A stretch of 64,000 nt of DNA from Deltaproteobacteria bacterium. Lineage in GTDB: Bacteria; Myxococcota_A; UBA796; SXON01. This document shows positions 25,479 through 35,233 of this stretch, piece after piece. The position numbers and the translations under genes were made by a program. Below the pieces are notes generated by a model. That model did no database searches. It worked only from the letters and a program-made list of their open reading frames with translations, and was not told the DNA's origin. Every line of letters begins with the position of its first letter. Position 1 is the stretch's first letter. The DNA is taken from contig CANKTH010000002.1 in assembly GCA_947486185.1 (NCBI GenBank), positions 47,946 through 111,945 on the forward strand, given 5' to 3'.

Positions 25479-25721
25479 CTAGCGAACGTCTCCCGGATGA
25501 TCCTGCTCAAACCACGAATCGAGCCGACCATCGCGGAGCTCCGCCAGGGTGTGGTCGGTAAAACGCAGGTAGCTCTCCCACTCTCCGGTCGCCTTACCGA
25601 CGAGACGCCGGCGCGCGATCTCGGCTTCCGCCCAATCCCGACACCGACGCACAAAAGCTTCGCTCGCTTTCAGCGCCGCGGCGGCTGACACCGCCTCTGC
25701 CTCAGCATCAAAAAGCGCCAC
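25479..25721 (-). CDS. Hypothetical protein (80 aa)
   Basis: GTG start. Follows the DUF465 gene by 12 nt on the same strand. No motif recognised. Confidence 0.4.
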   Translation of the reverse strand: MALFDAEAEAVSAAAALKASEAFVRRCRDWAEAEIARRRLVGKATGEWESYLRFTDHTLAELRDGRLDSWFEQDHPGDVR

Positions 25722-25733
25722 GAACCTGCGCTC

Positions 25734-25979
25734 TCAGCTCGGCTCATTCACAAGGATGTTCCGAATCGTGTCCTTGAGGTGCAGCCGCCGGATCTTCAAG
25801 GCCTTCAGCGCGTCGTCGGACATCGGCTCGATATCCTCCTCGGCACGGCAGATCTGCTTGTCGACGTCTTCGTACTCGTGAAAGTACCGGACGGCGTGGT
25901 GGTCAGCGAGCTTCAGGGCGTGAATCTTGGCCCGATGCTCGGGGAACTCGTTGATGAGGGCGTGATGTTCGACGTGCAT
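25734..25979 (-). CDS. YdcH / DUF465 family protein
   Basis: HHALINEFPEHRAKIHALKLADHHAVRYFHEYEDVDKQI matches the DUF465 pattern. Confidence 0.75.
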   Translation of the reverse strand: MHVEHHALINEFPEHRAKIHALKLADHHAVRYFHEYEDVDKQICRAEEDIEPMSDDALKALKIRRLHLKDTIRNILVNEPS

Positions 25980-26126
25980 GCCGCTCCTCTACCTGTAGGA
26001 CCCGCACCCCGCTATCGCAGTAGAGTGCCGTCCGGTGGCATGGTCGCCGCGTTCGACGCGCCTCCGGTACGCATAACGGCGGTGTCGCAGGTGCCGACGC
26101 GCTACGTTGCTGCCCTCGGGGGTGTG

Positions 26127-27542
26127 ATGAGTTATTTTTCGTCCTTCGGCGTCAGCCCGGAGCTGATACGCGGCGCGCTCGGCGTGGCCCTCTCCCGCGG
26201 GGCCGACGACGCGGACCTCTACTTCGAGCACCTGGAGACCAACTCAGTCTCCCTGTCCGACAACAAGGTCAACCGGGCGTCCACCCACGTGGATCTGGGT
26301 GTCGGCGTCCGCGTTCGGGTAGGCGACCAGGTGGGGTACGCCTATTCCGAAGATTTGAGCGCTGCCGCGATCCAACGCGCCGCAGCGATGGCCGCCGAGA
26401 TCGCCGCGTTTGGCAAAGCCAGCCGACCCGTGGAGGAGCCCGGCGCCGCGCGCCGCCTCGCGGACCGGTACCCCGAGCGGGTGCCCTGGGACACCGTGCC
26501 GATGGAGACGCGCGTACAGATGGTCCGCGCGTGGGAGCGGCGTAGTTTTGAGCTTGACCCGCGCATCCGTAAGGTCGAGGTCTCGCTCATCGACGCGGAG
26601 AAGCGCATCCTGATCGCCCGGCCCGACGGGAGGCTGATCGAAGACCACCTCCCCATGACCCGCGCCCACATCGTCTGCACCGCCGAGCAGGCCGGCCGCC
26701 GGGAGACCGGTAGCTACAACCTTGCGAGTCGGCAGGGAATCGACTTCTACAGCCCCGATCGCGTAGAGCGCCTGTGCCAGAGCGCGGTGGAGGGGACGGC
26801 TATCCTGTTTGAAGCAGGTAAAGCGCCGAACGGGGAGATGACGGTGGTGTTGGGCGCCGGCTCCTCGGGCATCCTGCTCCACGAGGCGATCGGCCACGGC
26901 CTGGAAGCCGACTTCAACCGCAAAGGCGTCAGCATCTACGCTGATCGTCTTGGGCAACGTATCGCGCCCCCTGGGGTCACGGTCGTGGACGACGGCACCC
27001 TGCCTTATGCGCGCGGCACGATCAACAACGACGACGAGGGCAACCCCACCGAGCGCACGGTGCTCATCGAAGACGGCATTCTTCGCAGCTACCTCCACGA
27101 CGAGATCTCCGCGCGACATTACGGGGTGAACCCAACCGGCTCGGGCCGACGCGAGAGCTTTCGGCACGTCGTGCTGCCGCGTATGCGCGCCACGTACATG
27201 GAGCGCGGGGGCTATAGCGCCGAGGAGGTGATCGGCTCGGTCAAACGCGGCATCTACTGCAAGACCTTCAGCAACGGTCAGGTGCAGATCGGGGCGGGGG
27301 ATTTCGCCTTCTACGTCAAACAAGGCTTCCTGATCGAGGACGGCAAGCTCACGCAGCCGATCAAGGACGTCAACCTCATCGGGAACGGGCCGGCCGTGCT
27401 CGCCGCGGTGGAGATGGTGGCGGACGATCTGCAGATCGACGAGGGTGGCTGGACCTGCGGCAAGGACGGGCAGAGCGTGCCCGTCTCTCAAGGAATGCCC
27501 ACGGTCAAGGTAGGGAAGCTATCGGTAGGAGGGCAGGGCTGA
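26127..27542 (+). CDS. tldD: Metalloprotease TldD
   Basis: Start at ATG 26127 (MSYFSSFGVSPELI). HEAIGHGLEADF motif. GDFAFYV...GNG C-terminal pattern. Confidence 0.9.
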   Translation: MSYFSSFGVSPELIRGALGVALSRGADDADLYFEHLETNSVSLSDNKVNRASTHVDLGVGVRVRVGDQVGYAYSEDLSAAAIQRAAAMAAEIAAFGKASRPVEEPGAARRLADRYPERVPWDTVPMETRVQMVRAWERRSFELDPRIRKVEVSLIDAEKRILIARPDGRLIEDHLPMTRAHIVCTAEQAGRRETGSYNLASRQGIDFYSPDRVERLCQSAVEGTAILFEAGKAPNGEMTVVLGAGSSGILLHEAIGHGLEADFNRKGVSIYADRLGQRIAPPGVTVVDDGTLPYARGTINNDDEGNPTERTVLIEDGILRSYLHDEISARHYGVNPTGSGRRESFRHVVLPRMRATYMERGGYSAEEVIGSVKRGIYCKTFSNGQVQIGAGDFAFYVKQGFLIEDGKLTQPIKDVNLIGNGPAVLAAVEMVADDLQIDEGGWTCGKDGQSVPVSQGMPTVKVGKLSVGGQG

Positions 27543-28864
27543 TGGACCTCTTCGCGCTCGCAGAACGTGTGCTTGGCGCGGCCCGCGCCGCCGGCGCCGA
27601 CGAGGTCGCCATCGGGGTCGGGCGCTCGTCCGAAGCGTCGTTGATGCGCCGGAATCACCAGATCGAGCAGGCCACCCAGGCGGAGAGCCTGACCCTCGCG
27701 CTCACGCTTCTGGTCGATGACCGCTATTCATCGCATTCTACCTCAGATCTTCGGCCGGATGCCCTGAGTCGCTTCGTGGAGCGGGCGATCGCCGCGACCC
27801 GGGTCCTGGAGCCCGAACCCGAGCGGCGGCAGCCCGACCTCGCCCTTTGCGGGCGGGGAGTCGACGAGGCCACCCTCGACCAGTACGATCCGGCGAGCAC
27901 GACCATCACGGGCAGCGAGCGTCGGGAGCTCACCGAGCAGATCGAGGCCGCGGTAGACGCGCTGCCGGACCGGAGCCGCGTCAAGAGCGCGACGATCCAC
28001 CTGGGAGACAGCTTCGGCGAGTCGGTGCGACTGATGAGCAACGGCTTTTCGGGCAGCCACACGTGGTCGGGCTTTGGCCTGGGGGTCGAGATGACCCTCG
28101 AAGAGCCCGGCGGGCGCCGCCCCGAAGCGATGTCCTGGGCATCGGCCATCCACCGCGCCGACCTCCCACCCTTGCCCTGGTTTGCCACCGAGGCCTGGCG
28201 CAAAGCTGAACGCCGCATCGGGAGCGGGCCGGCACCTTCAGGGCGTTACACCATGATCCTCGAGGCGAACGCGGCGCCGAGGATCCTCTCCGTGCTCGGC
28301 GGCCCGCTGTCGGGGTCAGAGCTCCACCAGGGCCGGAGCTGCCTCGCGGGCCGGCTCGACCAGGTAATCGGGTCCTCACAATTCACGCTCCTGGACGAGC
28401 CTTTTATTCCCCGGGGCCTGGGATCCCGCCCCTACGACGGGGAGGGTCTACGCGCCGCGCCGATGCCGGTGGTCGCCGGTGGCGTGCTCAAGAACTACTA
28501 CATCAGCACCTACTACGGTCGAAAGCTGGGAATGGCGCCGACCAGCGGCAGTCGCTCCAACTGGGTCGTGCCCCCGGGCACGCGTGACCTCGAGGCGCTG
28601 ATCGCCGGCGTGGATCGTGGCATTCTGGTGGCCGGCTTCCTCGGCGGAAACTCCAACGGGCTCAGCGGCGACTTCAGCTTCGGGGTGCACGGGCAGCTCA
28701 TCGAAGGCGGGAAGATCGTGGGGCGAGTGTCAGAGATGAACGTCTCCGGCAATATCACCGACATCTTCCAGCACTTTGTTGAGGCTGGCAGCGACGTCTG
28801 GCGCTACTCGGGTGTGCGGACGCCGTCGTTGGTGTTCGCCGACGTCAACTTCTCGGGGAGCTGA
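27542..28864 (+). CDS. pmbA: Metalloprotease PmbA/TldE
   Basis: ATGA-type overlap with tldD. PmbA_TldD fold with GDFSFGVHGQLIEGGK near the C-terminus. Confidence 0.85.
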   Translation: MDLFALAERVLGAARAAGADEVAIGVGRSSEASLMRRNHQIEQATQAESLTLALTLLVDDRYSSHSTSDLRPDALSRFVERAIAATRVLEPEPERRQPDLALCGRGVDEATLDQYDPASTTITGSERRELTEQIEAAVDALPDRSRVKSATIHLGDSFGESVRLMSNGFSGSHTWSGFGLGVEMTLEEPGGRRPEAMSWASAIHRADLPPLPWFATEAWRKAERRIGSGPAPSGRYTMILEANAAPRILSVLGGPLSGSELHQGRSCLAGRLDQVIGSSQFTLLDEPFIPRGLGSRPYDGEGLRAAPMPVVAGGVLKNYYISTYYGRKLGMAPTSGSRSNWVVPPGTRDLEALIAGVDRGILVAGFLGGNSNGLSGDFSFGVHGQLIEGGKIVGRVSEMNVSGNITDIFQHFVEAGSDVWRYSGVRTPSLVFADVNFSGS

Positions 28865-28872
28865 GCGCGGGG

Positions 28873-29964
28873 GTGCGGCTGCTCCCGCTCATGCTCCTGG
28901 CCTGCCAGGCCCCGGACCCCCTCGCTGCGGTGCCTCCCGGGCTCCACGTAGTCGTCAAACCGAGCGCCTTCGCGCCGGTGCTCGACGGGCTGGCGCGTTT
29001 GTCCGGCACGCGCATCGGGGCCGCCGTCGAGGAACAACGCCCGGCGATCCTGCGCTGCCCCGAGCTGGCTTGGCTATCGGTCACCGCTGGCAACGCGGCG
29101 GTCTCATGCACCCCGTCGCCTGAGCTCGCGCCGCTGGTCGCCGAGACGCGCACCCATGATCTGGCCTTCATCCTGCCTGACCCCGGCATCGGCCGACTCT
29201 GGGGCTATGGCGACGTAGACGACGCGGGCGGGCTTCAGGTGGTGGCCTCGATGCCCGAGGTCGCTCAGGCGAGCGCCTACGACCTCATCCTCCCGTCGGG
29301 GGAAGATCCTGGCCCCGACGTGCTCCCGCGGGCGGGCGCGCTCGTTCACGCGCGGGTCGCCCAGGCTCGGATCGCGGATGTAGCGGCGCTGGCCAGCGAC
29401 AGCGCCCACGAGAACGACATATTCGGGTTTCAGAATCAGCTCTTTGCCGCGACGATGCTCTCGGGCAAGTGGGAGGTTGCCCTCTGGGGTGTGCCCGAAG
29501 GCGGCAAGGTGCCGCGGATCGCGCTCGCGGTCGGGGTCCGCTCACCTGAGCTCGCCCGCGCGGCCGCTGAGCAGTACGTCGGGGTCCTCGCCGAGCGCTG
29601 GCACGTTCAACCCCGCGACACTACGGTGGCGGGCGCTGCAGCAAGCTGTCTTGAGGGGCTCAACCTGTTGCCCGAGCTCGCGCCCTGCTGGACCGTTCGT
29701 GGCGACCATTTCGTGGCGGGCTGGAACGCCGCTACGCTCGAGCACGGGTTGTCGCCGAGCCAGCACCACGAGACGCGCTCCCGAATCACCATCAACCTCC
29801 ACGAATTTGCGGCAGCGGATGCGGCGCTGACCCACGCCTTCGCCCCGGGCGCGCCGCCGCCGGCCGTCGTGTGGCCCTGGCGTCAGGTGACGCTCACGGG
29901 CACCCAGAAGGATGGCCGCCTCTGGCTGGAGCTGCACGCGCCCGCTTCGGGTTCGCCTCCGTGA
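28873..29964 (+). CDS. Hypothetical lipoprotein (363 aa)
   Basis: GTG start 8 nt after pmbA. MRLLPLMLLAC lipobox. No motif recognised. Confidence 0.6.
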   Translation: MRLLPLMLLACQAPDPLAAVPPGLHVVVKPSAFAPVLDGLARLSGTRIGAAVEEQRPAILRCPELAWLSVTAGNAAVSCTPSPELAPLVAETRTHDLAFILPDPGIGRLWGYGDVDDAGGLQVVASMPEVAQASAYDLILPSGEDPGPDVLPRAGALVHARVAQARIADVAALASDSAHENDIFGFQNQLFAATMLSGKWEVALWGVPEGGKVPRIALAVGVRSPELARAAAEQYVGVLAERWHVQPRDTTVAGAAASCLEGLNLLPELAPCWTVRGDHFVAGWNAATLEHGLSPSQHHETRSRITINLHEFAAADAALTHAFAPGAPPPAVVWPWRQVTLTGTQKDGRLWLELHAPASGSPP

Positions 29965-32231
29965 AACTCTCGTTTCTCAGGGTCGTCGGGCTCGCCGTCC
30001 TGTCGGGGGCCCTGCTGTACAGCACCCAGCGTGCGTGGCAGCAGGTGAGCGCCCATCGTGCCGTGGAGGCGACCTGCACCTTGGCGAGCACGCAGGCCGA
30101 AGACGCGCTCCTGGCCTCGGAGGGGGTTTTTGAGGGACTCGCGCCCGCCGATCCGCTCCGCGGCCTCCTCGTAGACTGCCGATGCGAAGCGCTGAGCCGA
30201 GTCGGCCGCCCGGAAGCGTGCGCGGCCCTCGTCGACCTCGCCTTGGCGGACAACGATTCCAGCTGGATCGACCCGAACGGATTGCCTCAGCTGGCCCACA
30301 CCCTCGCCGCCGGGGACGCCGAGTCGACCCTCTCGCGCCTGCTTCCGATCGCCGCCAAACAAGTACGCCTTGATCACGAGGTGCTCCGGGCGTGGTTCCT
30401 GGTGATGGCGACCCACCGTACCCCGGAGGAGATCGCCGAGGCGCTCCTTCCCCACATCGCGCAGCTACCCCCTGCGGACTCGACCGATCTTCGCCTCGCG
30501 GTGGCGACGCTCCTGGCGGAACAGGACCTCGAAGCTTCACTTCGTTACATGGATCCGGCCCCGGCGTCCGCGGACCCCCTGCGGGACAGCTGGTACGCTG
30601 CCCGCGCTCAGCGGCTCGGTCAGCTCGGTCGGCAGCCCGACGTGGTCCGGACGATGGCTGCGTGGGTGGATGCCGGGGGAAACCCGGATATCGCCTACCT
30701 TTACTATGGAATCGTGCTCTCCACCAACCTCCTGACCGACGCCGATCGCCCGTCGGCCGAGATCCTCGAAACTGGCCTCGAACGCGCGCCTCCTGAGACA
30801 CCGACCAACTACCTGGAGACCGCGTACATCCGCCTGATCATCGAAGCCGCCAACGCCGGCCAGCCCAAGCGGGCCGCCGACCTGGCGAGCGAGGCTGCAC
30901 GGCGAGGGCTTAGGATCGACCCTGATTTTGTGGACGACGCGACTCGTGGGCAACCGACGGAGAAGCGGGTGCTGGAGCTGAGGGTTCAACTCGCGGATCC
31001 CGCGCCCGGTGACCGGCTGTGGTTCATCCCAGGAGCACCGTCGGCGCCCGACGCTCCGCCCGGTGTCGGCGAGGAGACCGGTGAGGGAACGTGGCGTTGG
31101 CGCACGACTTTACTCGATAGAGCGACCCGGTGGGTCGCTGCGGACGCCGCGGGGCAGGTCCTCGCGTCGGGATCGGTGCTGGCCACAGCGATCGATCGGC
31201 CCGTGATGGTCGGGCCGGTGCCACGTAAGCCCAGACCGCCATTACCATTGGCAAACCTTGATTTGCGACGACAGGCCGACGGCCGACGCCAGGTGTTCGT
31301 GGTGGTCGTCGATTGTGCCGATTGGAACATGGTGCGGTACCTCGGCGCGCGCGGCGACCTGCCATGGATCCGCGCGCTCGAGGAGGGCGGCGTTGCGGGC
31401 GTGCTCCAGAGCGAACCACCGTTCACCGGAGTCGCGATGGAGAAGCTCGCGCACCCCTCCGTGACCAAGGGGCTGACCGTCACACAGTATCTATTCCAGC
31501 TAGGTGTGGAGCTTCAAGGTCTTGAATCGGTGGGATTCAACCCGCTGGAGCCGCTCGGCTGGGTGCTGCCCGAGAGCCCCTACCTGGTCGACCTCGTCGG
31601 CGAGGGCGATCGTCGTGCAATGAACCTACTTTTTTCTCATGGCGGCATCAACGTCGGCCGGAACGCCGAGATCGTCGGGCCCGCAGGCAAACGTGAGACC
31701 GTCGAAGTCGCGGTGCGCCGAGCGCTCCGCCCGAACGAGCTGAGCGTGCTCCAGGAGCACACCCCGTCCCCTACGGGCGCGCGTTTTCTGGAAGAGATGG
31801 CCGCCGAGCTGGATACAGCGGTCGCGCATGTACGAAGCGGGGAGGTCGACCTCCTGCTGCTCCGCATCGAACAGACCGATCTGCTGACCCACGCCACCTA
31901 CGCGGCGATCAACCGCACACAGGTTGACGACGCTCGAGGCGACCTCTTTGCCGCCTACCGGTACGCAGACCGCCGAATCGGTGACATTTTCTCTGCCTCT
32001 GACGCCGATGATGTCCTGATTGTGATGTCCGATCACGGCATCCACAACGCGCTCGTGCACGCGCCGGAGGCCGTCTTCATCGCCTACGGCTTGGGCCGAG
32101 GGACTCGGCTCGTCGGTCAGCCCGAGCTCGGCGGAATGCCGCGCCTGCTCACCGCGCTCCTTGGCGTCGCCGGCGATCCCCGCTGGCCAGAGACCCCCTT
32201 GCTCGAACAGGTGCTCGGCGCCTCACCCTGA
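29961..32231 (+). CDS. Membrane-anchored protein with helical-repeat N-half and alkaline-phosphatase-superfamily (phosphodiesterase/nucleotide pyrophosphatase-like) C-half
   Basis: GTGA overlap with the upstream gene. TM VKLSFLRVVGLAVLSGALLY. VFVVVVDCADWNMV...PPFTGVAMEKL and VLIVMSDHGIHN resemble AlkP-fold metal and nucleophile motifs. Confidence 0.5.
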   Translation: MKLSFLRVVGLAVLSGALLYSTQRAWQQVSAHRAVEATCTLASTQAEDALLASEGVFEGLAPADPLRGLLVDCRCEALSRVGRPEACAALVDLALADNDSSWIDPNGLPQLAHTLAAGDAESTLSRLLPIAAKQVRLDHEVLRAWFLVMATHRTPEEIAEALLPHIAQLPPADSTDLRLAVATLLAEQDLEASLRYMDPAPASADPLRDSWYAARAQRLGQLGRQPDVVRTMAAWVDAGGNPDIAYLYYGIVLSTNLLTDADRPSAEILETGLERAPPETPTNYLETAYIRLIIEAANAGQPKRAADLASEAARRGLRIDPDFVDDATRGQPTEKRVLELRVQLADPAPGDRLWFIPGAPSAPDAPPGVGEETGEGTWRWRTTLLDRATRWVAADAAGQVLASGSVLATAIDRPVMVGPVPRKPRPPLPLANLDLRRQADGRRQVFVVVVDCADWNMVRYLGARGDLPWIRALEEGGVAGVLQSEPPFTGVAMEKLAHPSVTKGLTVTQYLFQLGVELQGLESVGFNPLEPLGWVLPESPYLVDLVGEGDRRAMNLLFSHGGINVGRNAEIVGPAGKRETVEVAVRRALRPNELSVLQEHTPSPTGARFLEEMAAELDTAVAHVRSGEVDLLLLRIEQTDLLTHATYAAINRTQVDDARGDLFAAYRYADRRIGDIFSASDADDVLIVMSDHGIHNALVHAPEAVFIAYGLGRGTRLVGQPELGGMPRLLTALLGVAGDPRWPETPLLEQVLGASP

Positions 32232-32238
32232 GGAGACG

Positions 32239-33648
32239 ATGACTCAATCCGCCTTACACGTCGACCTTTATCAGCTCACCTCGCTTGTGGCCCATCACAG
32301 GGCGGGCCGCGACCGGATGCCCGTCACGATGGCGTTCTTCTCCCGGCGACTCCCCGGCGGGGACACGCCAGTGCGCAGCTTCGTGCTTCAAGCCGCGCTG
32401 AAGCGGTGCCTGAGCTGGCTGCAAGAAGCCCGGTTTGACGAAGATCAGCTCGCGGCTCTTCAGGCTCAGCCGGCGCTCCACGGGCGCATCCCGCCCGAGC
32501 TCCTGATGCGCCTGGCCAACTGGCGCTTCGCGGGCATCATCGACGGTGCGCTGGACGGCACGCTGATCCACGCCGGTCGGGCCCTGGCCGACGGCGGGCC
32601 GATCGACGCGTCGGGGGTGAAGCCGACGGCCTATGTGCCGTATCTTCAAGTTCAAACCGATCTTCTCTCGGCCAAGCTCATCGAGACCCCCCTCCTTTCT
32701 TTGCTGAACTACATGAACATGGTCGCGAGCAAGGCAACGCGTGTAGTGGCCGCTGCCGGTCATCGCCCCGTGTACGAGTTCGGCACGCGGCGTACCCATC
32801 CCCACGCGGCGGTGGACGCTGCGCTCGCGGCGTTTATTGGCGGTTGCGCCGGAACTTCCAACGTGGAGGCCTTCCGGCGCTACGGGGTGCCGGCGCTCGG
32901 CACGATGGACCACTTCGCCGTACAGGCATGGGAGGAACCCAGTCGCCCGCTTTGGGAGACCGAACGCGCCTTTTTTCGGGAGTTTTCCGAGATCTGGCCG
33001 GGTGGAGGCGTGCTGCTGGTCGACACCTACGACACCTTTGGCCGGCGAACGGGCATCCGAAACGCGGTGGCCGCGGTCGGTCCGGGCCTCAACGGGATCC
33101 GGATCGACTCCGGGATCAGCCGTGAGAGCCTTCAACGTGCCCGCGTCCTGCTCAACGAGCTTGGCGCCACCAACGCGCGAATCGTGGTGTCGGGGGGCAT
33201 GGACGAGCACACGATCGCCGCGCTGGGAGACGCCCCGTGCGACGCATTTGGCGTAGGAGAGCGCATCGTATGCAGCCCGGACGCCCCGGTGGGCGTGGGG
33301 GCGGTGGCGAAACTCGTGGAGGTGAACGGGCGACCGACCATGAAGCTCTCCCGCGGCTCGGGGAAAGCGACACTACCAGGCCGACTCCAGGCGTGGATCA
33401 CCGAGGCGGGTCTCGTGGTGGGTCTGGCCTCCGAGCGCCTCCCCGGTCGCCCCTTGCTGCTCAGGGTATGGGAGGGCGACGGGCCGTGTATCGAAGACGA
33501 CGCCCTCGGGGCACGGGCCCGCGCACGCGCCGCGATCGGTTCCTTGACCGAGGCAGATCGCCAACCGCACGCCGAGGGGGTGAGGGTGACGCCGACCCTC
33601 GAGTCCCTGATCCGTTCGCTCGCGGCCAGAGCGGATGACGACCTCTGA
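32239..33648 (+). CDS. pncB: Nicotinate phosphoribosyltransferase
   Basis: AGGAG RBS. LHVDLYQLTSLVAHH N-terminus and the overall NAPRTase pattern (EFGTRRTH, GTSNV, DTYDT). Confidence 0.85.
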   Translation: MTQSALHVDLYQLTSLVAHHRAGRDRMPVTMAFFSRRLPGGDTPVRSFVLQAALKRCLSWLQEARFDEDQLAALQAQPALHGRIPPELLMRLANWRFAGIIDGALDGTLIHAGRALADGGPIDASGVKPTAYVPYLQVQTDLLSAKLIETPLLSLLNYMNMVASKATRVVAAAGHRPVYEFGTRRTHPHAAVDAALAAFIGGCAGTSNVEAFRRYGVPALGTMDHFAVQAWEEPSRPLWETERAFFREFSEIWPGGGVLLVDTYDTFGRRTGIRNAVAAVGPGLNGIRIDSGISRESLQRARVLLNELGATNARIVVSGGMDEHTIAALGDAPCDAFGVGERIVCSPDAPVGVGAVAKLVEVNGRPTMKLSRGSGKATLPGRLQAWITEAGLVVGLASERLPGRPLLLRVWEGDGPCIEDDALGARARARAAIGSLTEADRQPHAEGVRVTPTLESLIRSLAARADDDL

Positions 33649-33702
33649 AATCGAGGCCATGACGTACGCGAGACAGATCCAGGTTATCCATCACGTGGAG
33701 GT

Positions 33703-34482
33703 GTGATGGTCCAGAGCGCCGCGCGCCGGTGGATCGTGGTGTTCGCGGCGAGCTGCCTGGCGACGATGCCGGCACACGCCTCCGCGGAGACCCTGGACTA
33801 CGACCTCGGTGTAGAGCTCCCGCTCACGTTGGGCGCCGGCGGTCTCTGGCTGGGCCTCTACCTCGCGGACCTGCCGGCGACGCCGTCCCCCGTGCACGGC
33901 CGGCCGGAGGGCATCGACGCGATGAGCCCTTTTCGGCAGGTCGACGGCCCGGTCTTGGTGAGCGACGTGCTGCTCTACGGCACCCTGGCAGGCACGGCGG
34001 CGGCCACGACCGTCTTCGCCGGAAAAGGCTCAAGAGCGACCGCTTTTGGGGTCTGGGCAGAGGTGTTCGTCATCAATGGCACGATGACCGACATCACCAA
34101 ACGGGCCGTGGATCGCCCGCGGCCGTACGTCTACGGCGGTATGCGCACCGGCGAGGCCGACGATTACCAAAGCTTCTACTCCGGTCATACCTCCTTCGTC
34201 GCCTCTTCCGCTTTCGCGACGGCGCGCACGCTGGACGTGCTCCGGGCGCCGACAACACCCGTTCGCGTAGCGCTTTATGCCGGCGCCGGCGCCCTGACCG
34301 TAGCCGCCGGCACCAGCCGGGTCCTGGCAGGGAAACACTTCGTGTCGGACGTGCTGGTGGGGGGGGTGATCGGCGCCTCGACCGGCTGGCTGATCCCCGA
34401 GCTTCACCGGAACACCGAGCTTCAAGTCCGACTCGGTGCAGGGTCTCAGCGGGTGTCGCTGTCGGTGAGCTCCCCGCTGTGA
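33703..34482 (+). CDS. PAP2-family phosphatase (membrane)
   Basis: KRAVDRPRP, SFYSGHTS and SRVLAGKHFVSDVLVG are the three PAP2 motifs. Confidence 0.88.
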   Translation: MMVQSAARRWIVVFAASCLATMPAHASAETLDYDLGVELPLTLGAGGLWLGLYLADLPATPSPVHGRPEGIDAMSPFRQVDGPVLVSDVLLYGTLAGTAAATTVFAGKGSRATAFGVWAEVFVINGTMTDITKRAVDRPRPYVYGGMRTGEADDYQSFYSGHTSFVASSAFATARTLDVLRAPTTPVRVALYAGAGALTVAAGTSRVLAGKHFVSDVLVGGVIGASTGWLIPELHRNTELQVRLGAGSQRVSLSVSSPL

Positions 34483-35222
34483 CCGCACTCTCGGCGTGGC
34501 TGTGGTGGGCTGGGCTCGGTTGTGCGCCCGAGGCGCTTCCGCCGGCCGGAACGCCGGCAGCGGACACCGAGCCGGAGCCCGAGGTGCCTCGAGGCGCCCT
34601 GTCCTTTCGTTTTCCCCTGGTTGAACGAGAGCTGTTTATCCAAGTGACTGGCGTGGACCACGACCCCGAGGTGCACGAGTGGGGCCCGGAGTCGCTCCTG
34701 TGTACCAACTACCTCGGGGAAGGTTTTCCAGGTTGTTACGACGAACACGACGGCAGTGACTTCCTCCTCGACGGTGGTTTCGACCAGATGGACAACGGTT
34801 CGGCCACCATCGTCGCCGCCTACGACGGCGTCGTGGTGGACACCGAAGACGGCCACTATGACCGCTGCCATGGCACTCTTGACGGCGTGGACTGCGATGG
34901 CTACCCCAAAGAGGCCAACTACGTGATCGTCGAGCACGAAGGCGGATTCCGCACCCGATACTGGCACATGAAGACGGACAGCGTCGCGGTGGCCGTCGGC
35001 GACGATGTCGTTTGCGGCGACGCGCTCGGGATCGTGGGCTCAAGCGGGAACTCGTCGATGCCGCACCTCCACTTCGAGGTGGAAGACGCCGACGGCATCG
35101 TCTTCGACCCCTACGCCGGCCCCTGGTCCCAAGCCGAGACCTGGTGGGTGGAGCAGGGCGATCCGGACAGCATGCCGGGCTCCGACTGCGCCGACGACCT
35201 CCAGGCGCCTACCGGATCCTGA
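34479..35222 (+). CDS. M23-family metallopeptidase lipoprotein
   Basis: GTGA overlap with the PAP2 gene. LGC lipobox. HDGSDF...YWHM...GSSGNSSMPHLHFEV. Confidence 0.85.
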   Translation: MTALSAWLWWAGLGCAPEALPPAGTPAADTEPEPEVPRGALSFRFPLVERELFIQVTGVDHDPEVHEWGPESLLCTNYLGEGFPGCYDEHDGSDFLLDGGFDQMDNGSATIVAAYDGVVVDTEDGHYDRCHGTLDGVDCDGYPKEANYVIVEHEGGFRTRYWHMKTDSVAVAVGDDVVCGDALGIVGSSGNSSMPHLHFEVEDADGIVFDPYAGPWSQAETWWVEQGDPDSMPGSDCADDLQAPTGS

Positions 35223-35233
35223 GGGCGGCGGGG

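Noticed and set aside
25779-26126. N-terminal extension of the tldD ORF
   Set aside because: It runs antisense through the DUF465 gene. ATG 26127 gives the normal TldD N-terminus.
26244-27491. 415-aa minus-strand ORF
   Set aside because: Antisense to tldD (HEAIGHGLEADF motif on the plus strand).
33729-34478. N-terminal 250 aa of the 497-aa ORF ending at 35222
   Set aside because: This stretch is an alternative frame of the PAP2 gene, whose three PAP2 motifs are in the 33703 frame. The M23 peptidase most plausibly starts at GTG 34479 with a lipobox.
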